Source: Felis catus
Taxonomy: Eukaryota
NCBI RefSeq assembly: GCF_018350175.1
Contig: NC_058368.1
Location: forward strand, 197,844,001-197,908,000
Length of the DNA stretch: 64,000 nt
Direction of reading: 5' to 3'
The notes beneath the pieces are model-generated. The model was not told the origin of the DNA. It searched no databases and worked only from the letters and a program-made list of their open reading frames with translations. Shown piece by piece: positions 1 to 11,707 of the stretch. The position numbers and the translations under genes were made by a program. How positions within the stretch are numbered: position 1 is the first letter of the stretch; the number at the start of each line of letters is the position of its first letter.

Positions 1-926
1 TTGGCCGCAAATAGGGCAGGGGTTCAGGAGTGTGTTTTGAGGTGAAGAGTGTGGGCCTCGCGGACCCTGGGGGCCTCGTATCAATTGCTTACCTTCTCTG
101 AGTCTCAGTTGTCTCATCCATAAAATGGGCTTGAGGACAGCGGGTACCGCTCGGGGCTGTGAAGAGCGAAGGATACAAATGGAACAATGTGTGTGATTAT
201 AGAAAATGGTGCTTGGTGCACATCTTCCTCACTGATGTGAGCTCTGTCCGAAGCAACTTCTAGGGCTGAGAGAACAAGGCAACCAACAAACACACAAAAC
301 ATAGGAACGCAGAGGAGGGACCTCACAGAACAGAGATGTAGACCGACCTCCAAGGAGGAGACGCTGGCCCGCTGGGGCTCATGTCTCTGCGGGCGCTGAC
401 GCAAAGCCGGTTATGCAGGAGTTGGAAAGACTGAGAAACGGGATGGTGGCCACAGGAGAGGCGGCGGCCCTTTTCCTTGTTTCCAGCCCCCACCCTCCTG
501 CAGCTCCCCCTGCTGGAGAAGCCTGATTGGAGCCAGCGTAGGAAACTGATGCTCGGTTTGCAGCATTCTTCTGAAGCCAAGCATAGAGGAGTGGTTTCTA
601 GGCTGAGCATTAATGAATGACTCAGTAGCTGGAACACTAACTTCCCTGAAGTCTCTAGTCACATACCTCTCTCCCGGACCCTCCCTGCTCACCCTCATTA
701 AGACTGCACGATCTTCCTTTCTGTAGTCTTTTCCACTTTGTTCTTCTCCACACTCCTCTAGCAGGTGCTTGTGGTTTTCAAGCCGCATCCCCTCCACTCA
801 CCTTCAAGGCCAGCAGCAGCCACAGTGGACAATTCTGTGAGATCTCGGACTCATGCTTTCGCCTTGTCTGTGTCCCTCCGCTAACATGTGCTTTTTAGCC
901 AGCTAAGAGGACTTTTTCTTCTAGAT

Positions 927-1080
927 CAGGGTTTCTCAGTCTTGGCACTGTTGACATTTGGGGCCAGGTAACTGCTGCGGGACACTGTGCTATGGGTTGC
1001 ACAACGTGTAGCAGCACCTCGGTCTCTACCTACTAGGTGCCCCAGCCATGACAACGAAAAATGGCTCCAAATTGTCCCGG
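927..1080 (-). mobile_element. MER20-like hAT-Charlie DNA transposon fragment
   Basis: Starts cagggtttctcagtcttggcactgttgacatttggggcc and continues ...gtagcagcac...ctctacctactag...tgacaacgaaaaatg, matching my recollection of the reverse complement of the MER20 consensus. Confidence 0.7.
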
Positions 1081-2139
1081 TGGGGACCCACTATTCTAAA
1101 TTCACACCTGGTCCACGGGCTGTGTGAGAACGTGGGGGTTGGCATCAGACAGACAGAAATTTGATTGACTTTCTCTTCACATGTTACCTTTATTCTCTTG
1201 GGCAAGTCACTGGCTCTCTGTGTCATTTGCTCAACCGAAAAACGAGTGCAATACTATCTTCTGTTGTGAAGATTGAATAAGGTAATGCACGGAGAGGGTT
1301 TAGTACGGTACCAGTCCATCCGTGCAGGTCAGCCACAATTTATTACGATTCAAAGCAAGCTCAGAATTAATGCAATTCATCAGAAGCCACCACCACATTG
1401 ATCATCAGCATATGCCAAATGACTGACCGGTGTGTTTATTTGTCCCCCTGAATAGGCTTAACGTTGGCCTTAGGGAAGCAAGTGGTGGTAGTGCTCCGAA
1501 ACTCTCTGGAAATTTCATAAGAATAACTGCCAGAGGCTGGGATCTGGGTTACTGATGATATGACCCACTTGCAATTGAGATTGATTTAAAGGCAATTAAC
1601 AGATGTGTGCAACTGTGTGATACGGCAGTGTAAATTTCACCGTGATGCTTAGAGTCAGCCTGCTGTTTGATTCATCAGCCGATTGACTCTTCCAAAGGTC
1701 ACCAAAAGGAATCAAAGAAACAATAACGGGTATAGTGTCTTTCAGACTGAGTGGTTTACAAATCTCAGCGCTTTGATACTTCTAATCCAGAACCCTTCCT
1801 CATGGAGGAAACTTGGCGTATTCACACAGAGTCCATTTTAATGAGTAACAAGAGACTTAGGCTTTGTTGGGAGGAAAGAAAACTGGGTTCCAGTCCAAGA
1901 CCTGCCACTCACTCTTTAGGTAATCCTGGGCCTGTCATTTCCTCCAGGCCTCCAGTTCCTCACTTTTGGATGAAGTTCTTTGGACTTCCCGCCTACTGAA
2001 GTACCCCCATGCCCAGCCCTACCTCACCATGCTCTCAGAACCGTGCAGTAGAAAGGGAGTCACAGTGGTGAGAGTACTCTCTTTGGTGCCTTTGAAGGAT
2101 GCCTGTTGAATTCTCATGCTTTCCTTCCTTCCTCCCTAG

Positions 2140-2227
2140 GTACACAGTTCTGCACAGTGGACACCACCAGGAACTTGAGAAATTGCCCATACACAATGAC
2201 CCAGAATCCTTGGAATCATGCTTCTGA
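2140..2227 (+). CDS. HTR4: 5-hydroxytryptamine receptor 4, terminal coding exon of splice variant 5-HT4(a)
   Basis: Strong polypyrimidine acceptor ctttccttccttcctccctAG at 2138-2139, then G|TAC ACA GTT CTG CAC AGT GGA...TCA TGC TTC TGA = (R)YTVLHSGHHQELEKLPIHNDPESLESCF*, the recognised 5-HT4(a) C-terminus. HTR4 lies tail-to-tail with FBXO38 in human. Confidence 0.95.
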
Positions 2228-2399
2228 TTGAGAACGTGGCTCATGACTAAGCCATTCATTCCCATTCGTGTCTGCATGAACAGGACACCCTGGCATCTCT
2301 CCTGACCCTCATCACCACCAGTGAGGCACGAAGCAGTAGGGCTGAGGGCCCAGGGAAGGTACATGGAGCACAGTGTTGGACAGGCCCCAAAGCCAGAGT

Positions 2400-2830
2400 A
2401 TGGAGAATCTCAGAGCTGAGAAGGCACTTCAGGCATCCTCAGATGCAGCCTCCAATCCAACACAAGAGTAGCCTCTTCCAGCAGGCATCATCAGATCTGG
2501 CCTCCAATCCAACACAGGAGTAGCATCATCCATAGTATCCCTGGACGTTGGTCAGAACTCTGCTTGCACACCTTCAGGGATGGGAGCTCACTACCTCCTA
2601 ATGCAGTTCCTTCTATTACAGGGAAGTTTTAATTATAAGAAAGTTTTCCCCTTTGTTGGAACGCAATCTTGTCTCTGCTCTATCTTCCATCTGGGCCCAT
2701 GCGGTTTAGCTCCCTGTTCCCCTCGAGAGCCCTTGGATATTGGAAGATACTGATCTGCCATCCACCCACCCTTTCAAGTCTTCTCTCTAAGCTAAGCAGC
2801 TCCCAATTTCTTCTCCACTGTGACCATCTT
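2400..2830 (-). mobile_element. CR1/L3 LINE fragment (degenerate)
   Basis: Motifs ctctgcttgcacaccttcagggatgggagctcactacctc, gaaagttttcc and caagtcttctctctaagctaa resemble antisense CR1/L3 3' sequence. Boundaries are approximate. Confidence 0.5.
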
Positions 2831-4750
2831 CTGGACATGCTTTGGTGGGTGAATTAATCAAGGCTTTTGTAATGAAGCCAAGTTGGTATCAAGGCCAAGA
2901 TGCCTGTCTGGAAGCACTGTTTCAAGTGCTGACAATTGAAACATCAATGCTTTCTGGTTGGGAGACATGCACATTCCTCTTTACTTTTTTCTTGGGGAGA
3001 GATTTGGAAACTGCCGCCAGGTGTTGATTTTGGATCCATTACCCAAAGGCATCTTTACAGCTGGTCTAATTTATATGTGTGCTTCAAGATGACATTTTCT
3101 CATTGGCATACCGGCTTTGAGGTCATGTGGAATGAATCTTGATTCACTCTCCTTCCATGACAATGGGGAAAAGCACTGCACCTTTACCAAGAATGCCGAT
3201 TGACGACGGTCTTACAACTCAGATTTTGCAAGGAAACAAACTTGCTCCAATAAGACACCTGTTAGGGGCGTTCAAGACCCTGTGCTAAGGCAGTGCTTGG
3301 TCTCGGGCTGGGCACTTTGGGCCAAGACATAATCACAGACCAGCTTACTTTCTTGGGAAAACTCACTGACCCCCCTGCCTGGGAGGCTGCTGGGACTACA
3401 TTTTTCTACATCTTTTTCAGTGTCTCACTTCCTCCAAGCTCCTAAAGAGATGATGACCCTGATGTCAAGGCTACCAGCAAATCATTTTATCTTGGGGTGA
3501 ATTATCCCCCCAGACTGAGACTCTGGAGGGCAAATTTTTTCCAGTTGCCTTTCTTTTGACTGCTGATAACAATTCTATTGAAAGGATCCCCTGGCGGTCC
3601 TTAGGGACCCAGCCCAGGAAGAGGCAATGCGGGTGGGGGTGGCAGCGGTGGGGGTGGGGGTGGCGGGAGGGAGTTTACAAGATAAAGATGTGCCCGAAGT
3701 TTCTAGCCTCACCAGTTCTCCTTGCCCTTGTGCTTGGTCTGTTGACCCTACTTTCCTTCCTAAGTGATCCCACAGTTGCCTCCTTATCACCTATTTTATC
3801 CATGAAAGCAGAACATACCTGATACTCCTCTTTTCTTTGGGCCCAGATATGGTGGGAAGGATGGTTAGACACCTGGCTTTTGCACTACAAGTCCCATATC
3901 CCGGGAGATCCCTCAGTTCCAGGTAAAGTAGGCTGGCTGGTCACCCCACTTACGGGACCCTCCCAGAGAGGACTAACAGACCTCCGTGCAGTTGCGTATT
4001 CTTTCTGTACTTTTTCAATGAAAAAGGCAGAGCCGAGTGAATTCGGGGGTCCAGAGGGCTTCAGACGCTCTCTGAATGAGGTCGCTGATCTCAAAGCACA
4101 AAGAACTTCTTAGGGAAAGACTAAGAGATCATCATGAGGAGGGATAGGCTTAGTGCTTTGAGGCAGCTGGTAAGCTTTGTTTAATGCCCCCGAAGTTGAT
4201 AGTATCTACTATTTAATACATATATGCATACGCACATGCATAAATACGGTAGGATTTCTTCCCTGTGAAATGCTTCTTTTCCCAGGAGCTTCACAAGCTT
4301 GTCTGCTTGTGTAAAATATTATTTCTTGCCGTTAGGTCTACCATATTAAATGGTAACTTGGATTTGACAGGGATCTTCAGATTACATCATATGCGGGAAA
4401 ATGAAATCTTATATCATCAGGCCATTATCTTTTGGACCTTCTGGATACGCTTTTGTGGGTCAGCCCATGACAGGTATCTCAGTCTGTAGAGGTCATAAGC
4501 ACCCCAGACCAGTTAGAAAAAAAATAATGGTTGAGGAAATAGAAGCCCTTGCCATTGTCAAAAAGATAATCTCCTTTGCAGAGGAGGCCTCATAAGCCAA
4601 CTTTGCTATGTCTTTGGACCAAGGCTGGGATCATGTGGGCAATGCACCCAACAGCCACATTGGAGGTTTACAGGACAGGGACAGATGTGCTCTGTCTGGA
4701 CAGCTGCTAGCCTGGCGTTATTTAAATGTCTGGCTTCTGGGAATCCAGGT

Positions 4751-4756
4751 AATAAA
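4751..4756 (+). terminator. Candidate polyadenylation signal for HTR4(a) transcript
   Basis: First AATAAA I found on the + strand after the HTR4(a) stop (an ATTAAA variant lies at 4345-4350). The downstream GU-rich element is weak. Confidence 0.3.
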
Positions 4757-5739
4757 GCATGTTTATGGAAGACTGAGAAGGAGACGTAGAGCCTGTCCAA
4801 GGCAGGAGGAGACGTACTCTGCTGTCTTCTCTGAGAAGACCACCTTCTTCCAGGAAACTTGAAGTGTCAAGAGATGCTTCTGGGGAGAAGGGCATACGCC
4901 CGTGGCCACATCTGCCAGTTTGGTCTGGACAGTTACGGTGGGGACGGCCATTGTAACCAGACTACCCCGTGCCTGAGATAAAGGGGCTTTACCCGCGCTT
5001 CTTCTCAACTTGACTCTCCAGCTCACAGGACTGTCCAGGTAGAAGCCCCGGGGCTCCCCTTCCAGCTCATGGTCAGCAGCTAGAAAGCAAAAGAGATCAA
5101 AACCAACTTCTTCAACTGGCCCCCAAGTAGTATTTGTAGAAAGACCCAGTCTTTCTGAGATCTCCCCTTCCCATCTTACCAACATTTCCACTGGCTGCTC
5201 ATTTGCTGTGTCCGGGAGCCAGTTGCTGTCGGCCTGGGAAATGAGGGGTGGGCATAGGGTGGGTGAGGGAGGGCCTCCGGGAGGGGCTATAACTAAACTG
5301 CCTTTCATGTCGTCTTGGAGTAAGAACAAAAGTAACGTCTTCTTGGTGCTGTGTTGTTGTGCCTCTCTCTGGGGAGAGATCAGTGCTGATTTCCTGTTTA
5401 TTACTCTACTTTGGTCAATGTCCTTCCTTGTAACAGCTAGGTTTGGGGGGAAAGGACTCATGAATGCGTTTACCTTTTCTAGCCACGCTCTGCAATCTCT
5501 TTTCCATTCAGTCTAGAAAACTGAGGCCGAGTATCTGGCTTAAATTTAAACAAATCAGGGATGGATTTCAAGGCCTGGGTTTGGGACAGCGTGCTGCTTT
5601 GGGCTTTAGCCAGCTCTTGCCTCACTGGTCTCATCCACAAAATGGCGAAACTCTCAGACCCACTAGGGTTGTTGGGAGCGTTCCAACACGGGTCATCCAA
5701 GGGCCACTGTTAGGATTCTCTCCAAATATGCGTCCTGCC

Positions 5740-6380
5740 TGTACTGCGATTTGCTTAATATTTTCCTTTAAGTCAATTCAAGTGTTCACTTAGATAAACT
5801 CATTTCAGAAGAAACGTATCAGTCCCAGACTAGAAAACCAGTATGACTTGCCATAAATAGAAAGCAGGCATAGAGATAGAGAAATGAAAACAAAGCAACG
5901 TTTTAAGTTCTAACTTAAGCCAAGTGCTTTCCTTGTTTGAAAGGACCTGACTGAGCACTGGAGGGTGGGTGGGCCCACCTCACCAGGGACTCTTGCAGCT
6001 GGGAAGGACTGTGAGAGAAGTCCCCAGAGGGCAACTTCCAAACTTTACCAGTGGATGTCGCTAATCACGAGTGGCATTTGATACCTTTTGGAACCATAGA
6101 GAGAAGTGAAACTGATGATATTAAAAAAAAATTTTTTATTAAGTTTATGTATTTTGAGAGAGAGAGAGAGAGAGTGGGCGAGGGGCAGAGAGAGAGGGAG
6201 AGAGAGAATCTCAAGCAGGCTCTATGCTGCCAACGCAGAGCCCAACACGGGGCTTGAACTCACGAAACCATGAGACCGTGACCTGAGCCGAAACCAAGAA
6301 TGGGACGCTTAACCGACGGAGCCACCCAGGCGCCCCATGAAACTGACGATACTTTTAATGGCTATTATATGTGATTCAGT
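5740..6380. mobile_element. Old hAT-Charlie-like DNA transposon remnant interrupted by a SINE (family uncertain)
   Basis: accagtatgacttgccataaatagaaag...aaatgaaaacaaagcaacg and gagagaagtgaaa...tatgtgattcagt resemble a Charlie-type element recalled from memory. Confidence 0.35.
6121..6336 (-). mobile_element. CAN-SINE (SINEC, tRNA-derived)
   Basis: Antisense ggggcgcctgggtggctc head, (GA)n body and T-rich tail. TSD tgaaactgatgata 6107-6120 / tgaaactgacgata 6338-6351. Confidence 0.95.
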
Positions 6381-8761
6381 TTCTCCTTTCCCTTCCCCTC
6401 TTTTTAGCCCACCCCAGAAAATAGTTAATAATAACGTAGCAATAAGAGAAGCTAACATTTACTGAGCTCCTTTCTGCTAGGCTCTGTGTTAAGTGCTTTA
6501 TGGGGATTATCTCAATCCTCATAAAATCCTTTCAAGAAGTACCCAAAATTCTCCGGCTTTGCAGCAGAGCGACCTCAGCCGAGGTCTGGTGAATAGCCCG
6601 GGCCGAAAATGTGCGTCTGGGGAGCGCCCCCCCGGGCTGCGTGATGGTCGAGCCCGCAGTCCCAACCACGGGCCCCTCGTCCCTTACCAGGGTGAACTCA
6701 CTCCACTGTCCCCTGCCGGCCGGATGCTGGAAGAGGAGTGAGCAAGCAAGGGCGGCCCCTGCCTTCCTGTTGATGGGAAGTTCCTTTGAGCCTCAGCCTG
6801 GGGCCTGGAGAGGCATCGGGACTTATTGTTCCTGTGTGCCGCCCTGCCTGGCACTCGCTCTGGTGTCTTCTTTGGTTCCCTTTCACTCTCTGAACCTCAA
6901 TTTCTGTCTTTAAACCTGGGAGGGATCTGGCAGACCACTGGTCGGGGAGGAAAGGCCCTCCTGCGCTGATCTCTCCCCCCCTTTGCGGTAACTCCCCTGC
7001 CGCCCAGGCTACGGAAAAGCCAGCAGCGGGCCCTGAGAACGAGGTAAGTGAGCCAAAGAGAGCATTTGGCTTTTGTATCTCAGACCCTCCAGGCGTGGCT
7101 CCGGCGGAAGGCAGCTTGACTTTGCCAAATCTGTAGTTGGAGCCTGGAACGCTATCTGGACAGGCTCCTCTGTCCCCAGAGCTCACCACTGCAGGCACTT
7201 TACAAGTTTCTCAGCATTTTCCCAGCGAGGTCCCTGGGCCTCTTACAGCAACCAGCGGGGAGGGATTACTGACAGCATTTTATAGAAAAGGAAACCGACT
7301 GTCAGGGAAGGTGTTTTGCCCAAGGACACAGGAGTCAGGGCTGAAACACTTTGGACCACTCCATTCTGAAAGAGTGCTTTCTTCCTCCCCTTCTTCACGT
7401 GTGTTTCTAAATATACAAATTATATATTTTTAGACAACATAAATGATGGGTTACACACATAATGTATTTATGCAGTCCATTCCCATTATAAGGAGTTCTA
7501 ACTACAGATACAGCAAAATGCCCCTGGACTCCAGCTCAATCCCCCTCCCCTCCCAAGAAGTAACCGCTCTTCTATCTGGCTTCTGTAACTCACAGACGTG
7601 TCCTGTGTATCCACATATGTATAAATGTACAGATAAAAATCTATGGTCTTGTTTTGTTCTTAAACATAAATAATGCTTGTGTATCATGATCTGCAACTCG
7701 GCTTTTCTTTCGGGACACCGGAAGCGTCGTTTCACATCAACACATGTGATTCTTGGTTCTTTTTAGTTGCTGTGTGCGTGCCATACGGATGCCACACGGC
7801 CTGCGGTGTTGATTCCGTCACCGTCTGGCCGCATCCCGTGTCTGAGTGGGGCACCTGAGGCCCGCATCAAAATCAGCAGCCTCTGTTTTCCTGGGACTGT
7901 GCTAACCATATGAAGGTCAGCCGGAATGGGTTCAAGTTTAAGGGGCAGCTTGCCTTCGGGAGGCGGCCAGCCCCTGCCTGGGCTTTAGCCAAGCCTCCCT
8001 TCCAGGGACTGAGACACTCTGCCCAAGTTGCACAGACTTTGGAGGCAGACTGACAGCATCCTGCTTTCACCACTTCCTAGACGCGTGCCTTTGAGCAAGA
8101 TATTTAACCCGCTAAACCCTAATTTCCCCAACAGTAAAGCAGGGGACATGATGATCAGCCACACTGAAAGTCAGAATGAGGATGCACGGAAAGCCCTTGG
8201 TAAATGCTCTTAAAAATGCTTTCATAGGATCAGTATTTCCTTAATGGCCTCACCAGTTCTGTTTCCTATCACCCTGGAATATGGTCGAAGGAACAGAAGG
8301 TTGAAGATCACTAAAAAAAGAACCCCTTTCATAATAAAGGAATTACAGTGGAAGCGATACTATGTCCACTTGCCTCACACTTTGCGGTTTCTGGAGGCTC
8401 TCGCTGCACCTTCACAGGTGCCCTGGGGGTGGGCGCGTTTATCTGAGGCTCCAGGGTAGAGGCTGTGACCATCTCCAGGTCACTTGGCGGTCATTTGAGG
8501 GGGTTAGAATTTGCATCCACATCCTTGGATCCCCCGGTGAAGTCCCCGTAAGAGCTGTGTGCCAGCTGTGATTTACAGAGACCGTTAGGGCCTGCATCCG
8601 GCCCCACTGGAGGAGAGACAACGATGGTCTCGAACACCGGCATTAATGCAGTCATCCGTCCAAGAAACGTTTCTTAAAGCCTTTTAAAGCTGTGCCAAGA
8701 CACTGCACCACAAGCTGGTGGCAAGCAATTGAATGGATGGCGGGGCAGCTCAGTTGTCTAT

Positions 8762-9040
8762 GGCAGGTGTGTGGCCCGGGGGGCCAGATGCTCCGGTCTG
8801 TAAACTAAGAATGGCTTTTACTCTGTAAAGTGGTCGGCAGACAGAAGGTACCTCGTGACACGTGAAAATTGTGGGAAAGTCAAATCCGTGTCCGCAAATA
8901 AAGTTTCACTGTAGCACAGCCATGCCCACTGGTTGACACAGGCTCTGTGGCTGCTTTCACGCTCCAACACCAGGGTAACTGCCATGTGGGGCCTCAGGTA
9001 ATTACTATCTGGCCCTGTGCGAAAAGTGTGCCGACCCCTG
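8762..9040 (-). mobile_element. MER58-like hAT-Charlie DNA transposon
   Basis: Contains aaataaagtttcactgtagcacagccatgccc, tggctgctttcacgct and tactatctggccctgtgcgaaaagtgtgccgacccctg (terminal ccgacccctg), as in the reverse-complement MER58. Confidence 0.75.
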
Positions 9041-10219
9041 CTCTAGGGCGATCGCTATCCAGCCATTCATTCCATAGACACTGACCAAATGTCACTATCG
9101 TCGTCTTCTCCCAAGACTGCTGCTTTTCTTATTTGTTCCAATCTGGGTATCTTGAGAAGGATTTTAGCGCTTCCCGCTGCACTTGCTCTAACAGTGGGCG
9201 AGGAGAGGAGCCGGTAAGAAACCACTAAGTTAGAAAGCAGCGGCCTCTAGCGGCTCATCTAAGCATCGTTTCCGTGATTTGGTGACTATGGTTACACCTG
9301 AAAAAACAGGGTAGCTGGGAGTCTAAGTGTTGGGGGTTTTGTAGTAGTTTGAAATATCTAGATTGTTTTGTAATTTGTTTCCTGCTTTTTGCTGGTCACA
9401 CCTCTAACCTGCAGAGTACAACACTCTCTTTTAGTTAAAAGGGAGATTAGTGGAGTTAAATACAAGGTAATAAAAAGCTGACTCAATGGCGTACTGGACA
9501 TTCTTCCCAGCGTTAACAGAATTTTGTCTTCAAAAAAGAACTCTGGCGAAAGACACCGATTACCATTCCCACTATTTTAGTGTGTGAATTTCTGGCGTCC
9601 CTACATATTTCTGTGGACATTAACGATAGATAGGGAGGCAGCCCAATGGGAATGACCCTTGAAGTGCCTTAACCAGTTCTGGACCATTAAGTGAGAAAAT
9701 TTCCCTGAGCTTCAATTAATCTCCTGTAAGTGAAAAGCTTGGCCTGGGCAGTCTCTAAGAGCCCTCACACCTCATACACACCCGAAGCACGTATGGCCAC
9801 TCGGAGGGGGTGGGCAACACTTTTCCACAGAATTTCGGTTTAAACGTTTTGTTGAGGTCACTCAGCTAGCCAGTGGCAACACTGTCCCTCGAACGTAGGT
9901 ATCGCTTTAAAGCTTTTCGTGCTCCTGACCCCTGGCCCTACACATAATATTGCATGTATCACCGCCAAATTAGGGTAATTTCTCCCCCTGCAAAAGCAGA
10001 AAGGCCATCTCATGGTGACGAGGTATTTGGGGGAAATTCTGCTCTTCTCACTGTTCCGTCACGTAAGAGTTCGAGTTGAACATCTTGCAGCCACTGAATT
10101 GTAGAAAAAAAGAGATGAGAAACTGGATTACGCTGAAATCTTAGACACAAATCTACACGTTCCTTTTCTGTACAGTAGCTGCTACTCTTCTTTGAAAAGA
10201 GGGATTCAGATCCAAGGCC

Positions 10220-10948
10220 AGAAAAAAGTTTTTAATAAACTTTTATTTTTATATTCAAGATAAAGCATATACACAATTGAATGTGGAAATAAATAACTAG
10301 AAATGCTTTGGAAACTTCCATTTCCCCCCTCAAACTCAGTTTTTTTTTTTTTTTAAACTCATGAATCTTTTTATTTCATTTTAAGAAATACGGCAACCAT
10401 AATACTAAGGGGAAAAAAAAAACACCATTTTGTACACAAACATAAAGTTGCCTCTGACTATTGGGTTTAGTTGGTTTTAATCATAACACAAAAAAAGCAC
10501 ACAAGACACAAAAAGACTCTTCAACAGATTTACTCAAACAGCTTTGCTCGAGAAGAAAAAGGCACAGATTTAAGGGGATGACAATGATTATCAAGAATAT
10601 AGTAAATTGGGGGCTCAGCCAAAAAGTGACACTTTATGAACTAAGTCAGGAAAAATGAACGAAAATGAACGAAATGAACTCTTTCCAATTATCTGCCTTC
10701 ATTAAAATGAATTCTTAAATTAAATTGTATAAACATATGATATAAAGTTGGTACTCAGGAACTGTCTTTGTATGTTTTCTTTATGTACAAATCTTCGTAT
10801 ACAACTTCAGTGTTCCTTGTACATTTCCTATATACCAAAATGTGCCAGGGCTTCCAAACTGCATGCCCTGAATCCCTGTGGCACTCGCCGGCAGCTGAGC
10901 GACCCCAGCGGCTTTCCGCCAGAATACCTGGAGAGTAGGAGGGACCAG
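10220..10948 (-). other. FBXO38: FBXO38 3' UTR (distal end inferred from poly(A) signal)
   Basis: AT-rich sequence after the TGA at 10949, with minus-strand AATAAA at 10370-10375 and 10242-10247 and several TGTA motifs. Confidence 0.75.
10242..10247 (-). terminator. Poly(A) signal AATAAA (distal) of FBXO38
   Basis: + strand tttatt. The minus strand reads AATAAAAGTTTATTAAAAACTTTTTTC, i.e. AATAAA, then ATTAAA, then a U-rich stretch. Confidence 0.7.
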
Positions 10949-11191
<243 letters not shown>

Positions 11192-11404
11192 TTAAGCCGG
11201 TCCATGAGATATGCCTATATCCTGTAATGCGATGGGACGGAAATACGTTCAGGTCTTGAAATGGGTCCCCTTATTACAGACATGCCATGTTTGGTGCCCA
11301 AGACAGCATGCATGATTAAAGGCCCAAGCTGACAACGCACCAGACAGGTAAGTCATGTATACATGTACGTGTAGTTTTTCAAATCTATTTCTTCATCTCA
11401 TGTA

Positions 11405-11468
<64 letters not shown>
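11405..11468. repeat. Compound microsatellite (TG)11(TA)21
   Basis: Read directly; abuts the tail of the adjacent SINE. Confidence 0.95.
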
Positions 11469-11483
<15 letters not shown>

Positions 11484-11489
11484 ACATAT

Positions 11490-11707
11490 ATTTTTTTTTT
11501 CAATGTTTATTTGAAACACATTGAAGATGTGAGAGTGAGACACAGAGGGCGAGCAGGGGAGGGGCAGAGAGAGAGGGAGACACAGAACTCGAAGTAGACT
11601 CTGAGCTGTCAGCACAGAGCCCGATGCAGGGCTCAAACCCACAAGCCGTGGGTTCATGACCTGAGCCGAAGTCGGACGCTTAACCGACTGAGCAACCCAG
11701 GCGCCCC
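11490..11707 (-). mobile_element. CAN-SINE (SINEC)
   Basis: Antisense SINEC with T-tail, ggggcagagagagagggagacacagaa body and cccaggcgcccc head. Confidence 0.95.

Noticed and set aside
1..2139. Other HTR4 alternative terminal exons (b, c, d, e/f/g)
   Set aside because: I found no recognisable tails such as DAVECGGQW or NRPVPV. They are presumably upstream of the window, and the two-residue d tail cannot be identified by eye.
6622..6640. CTCF-like GCAGCCCGGGGGGGCGCT in the CpG-rich patch
   Set aside because: Four mismatches in the 5' half of the core, including loss of the conserved AG.
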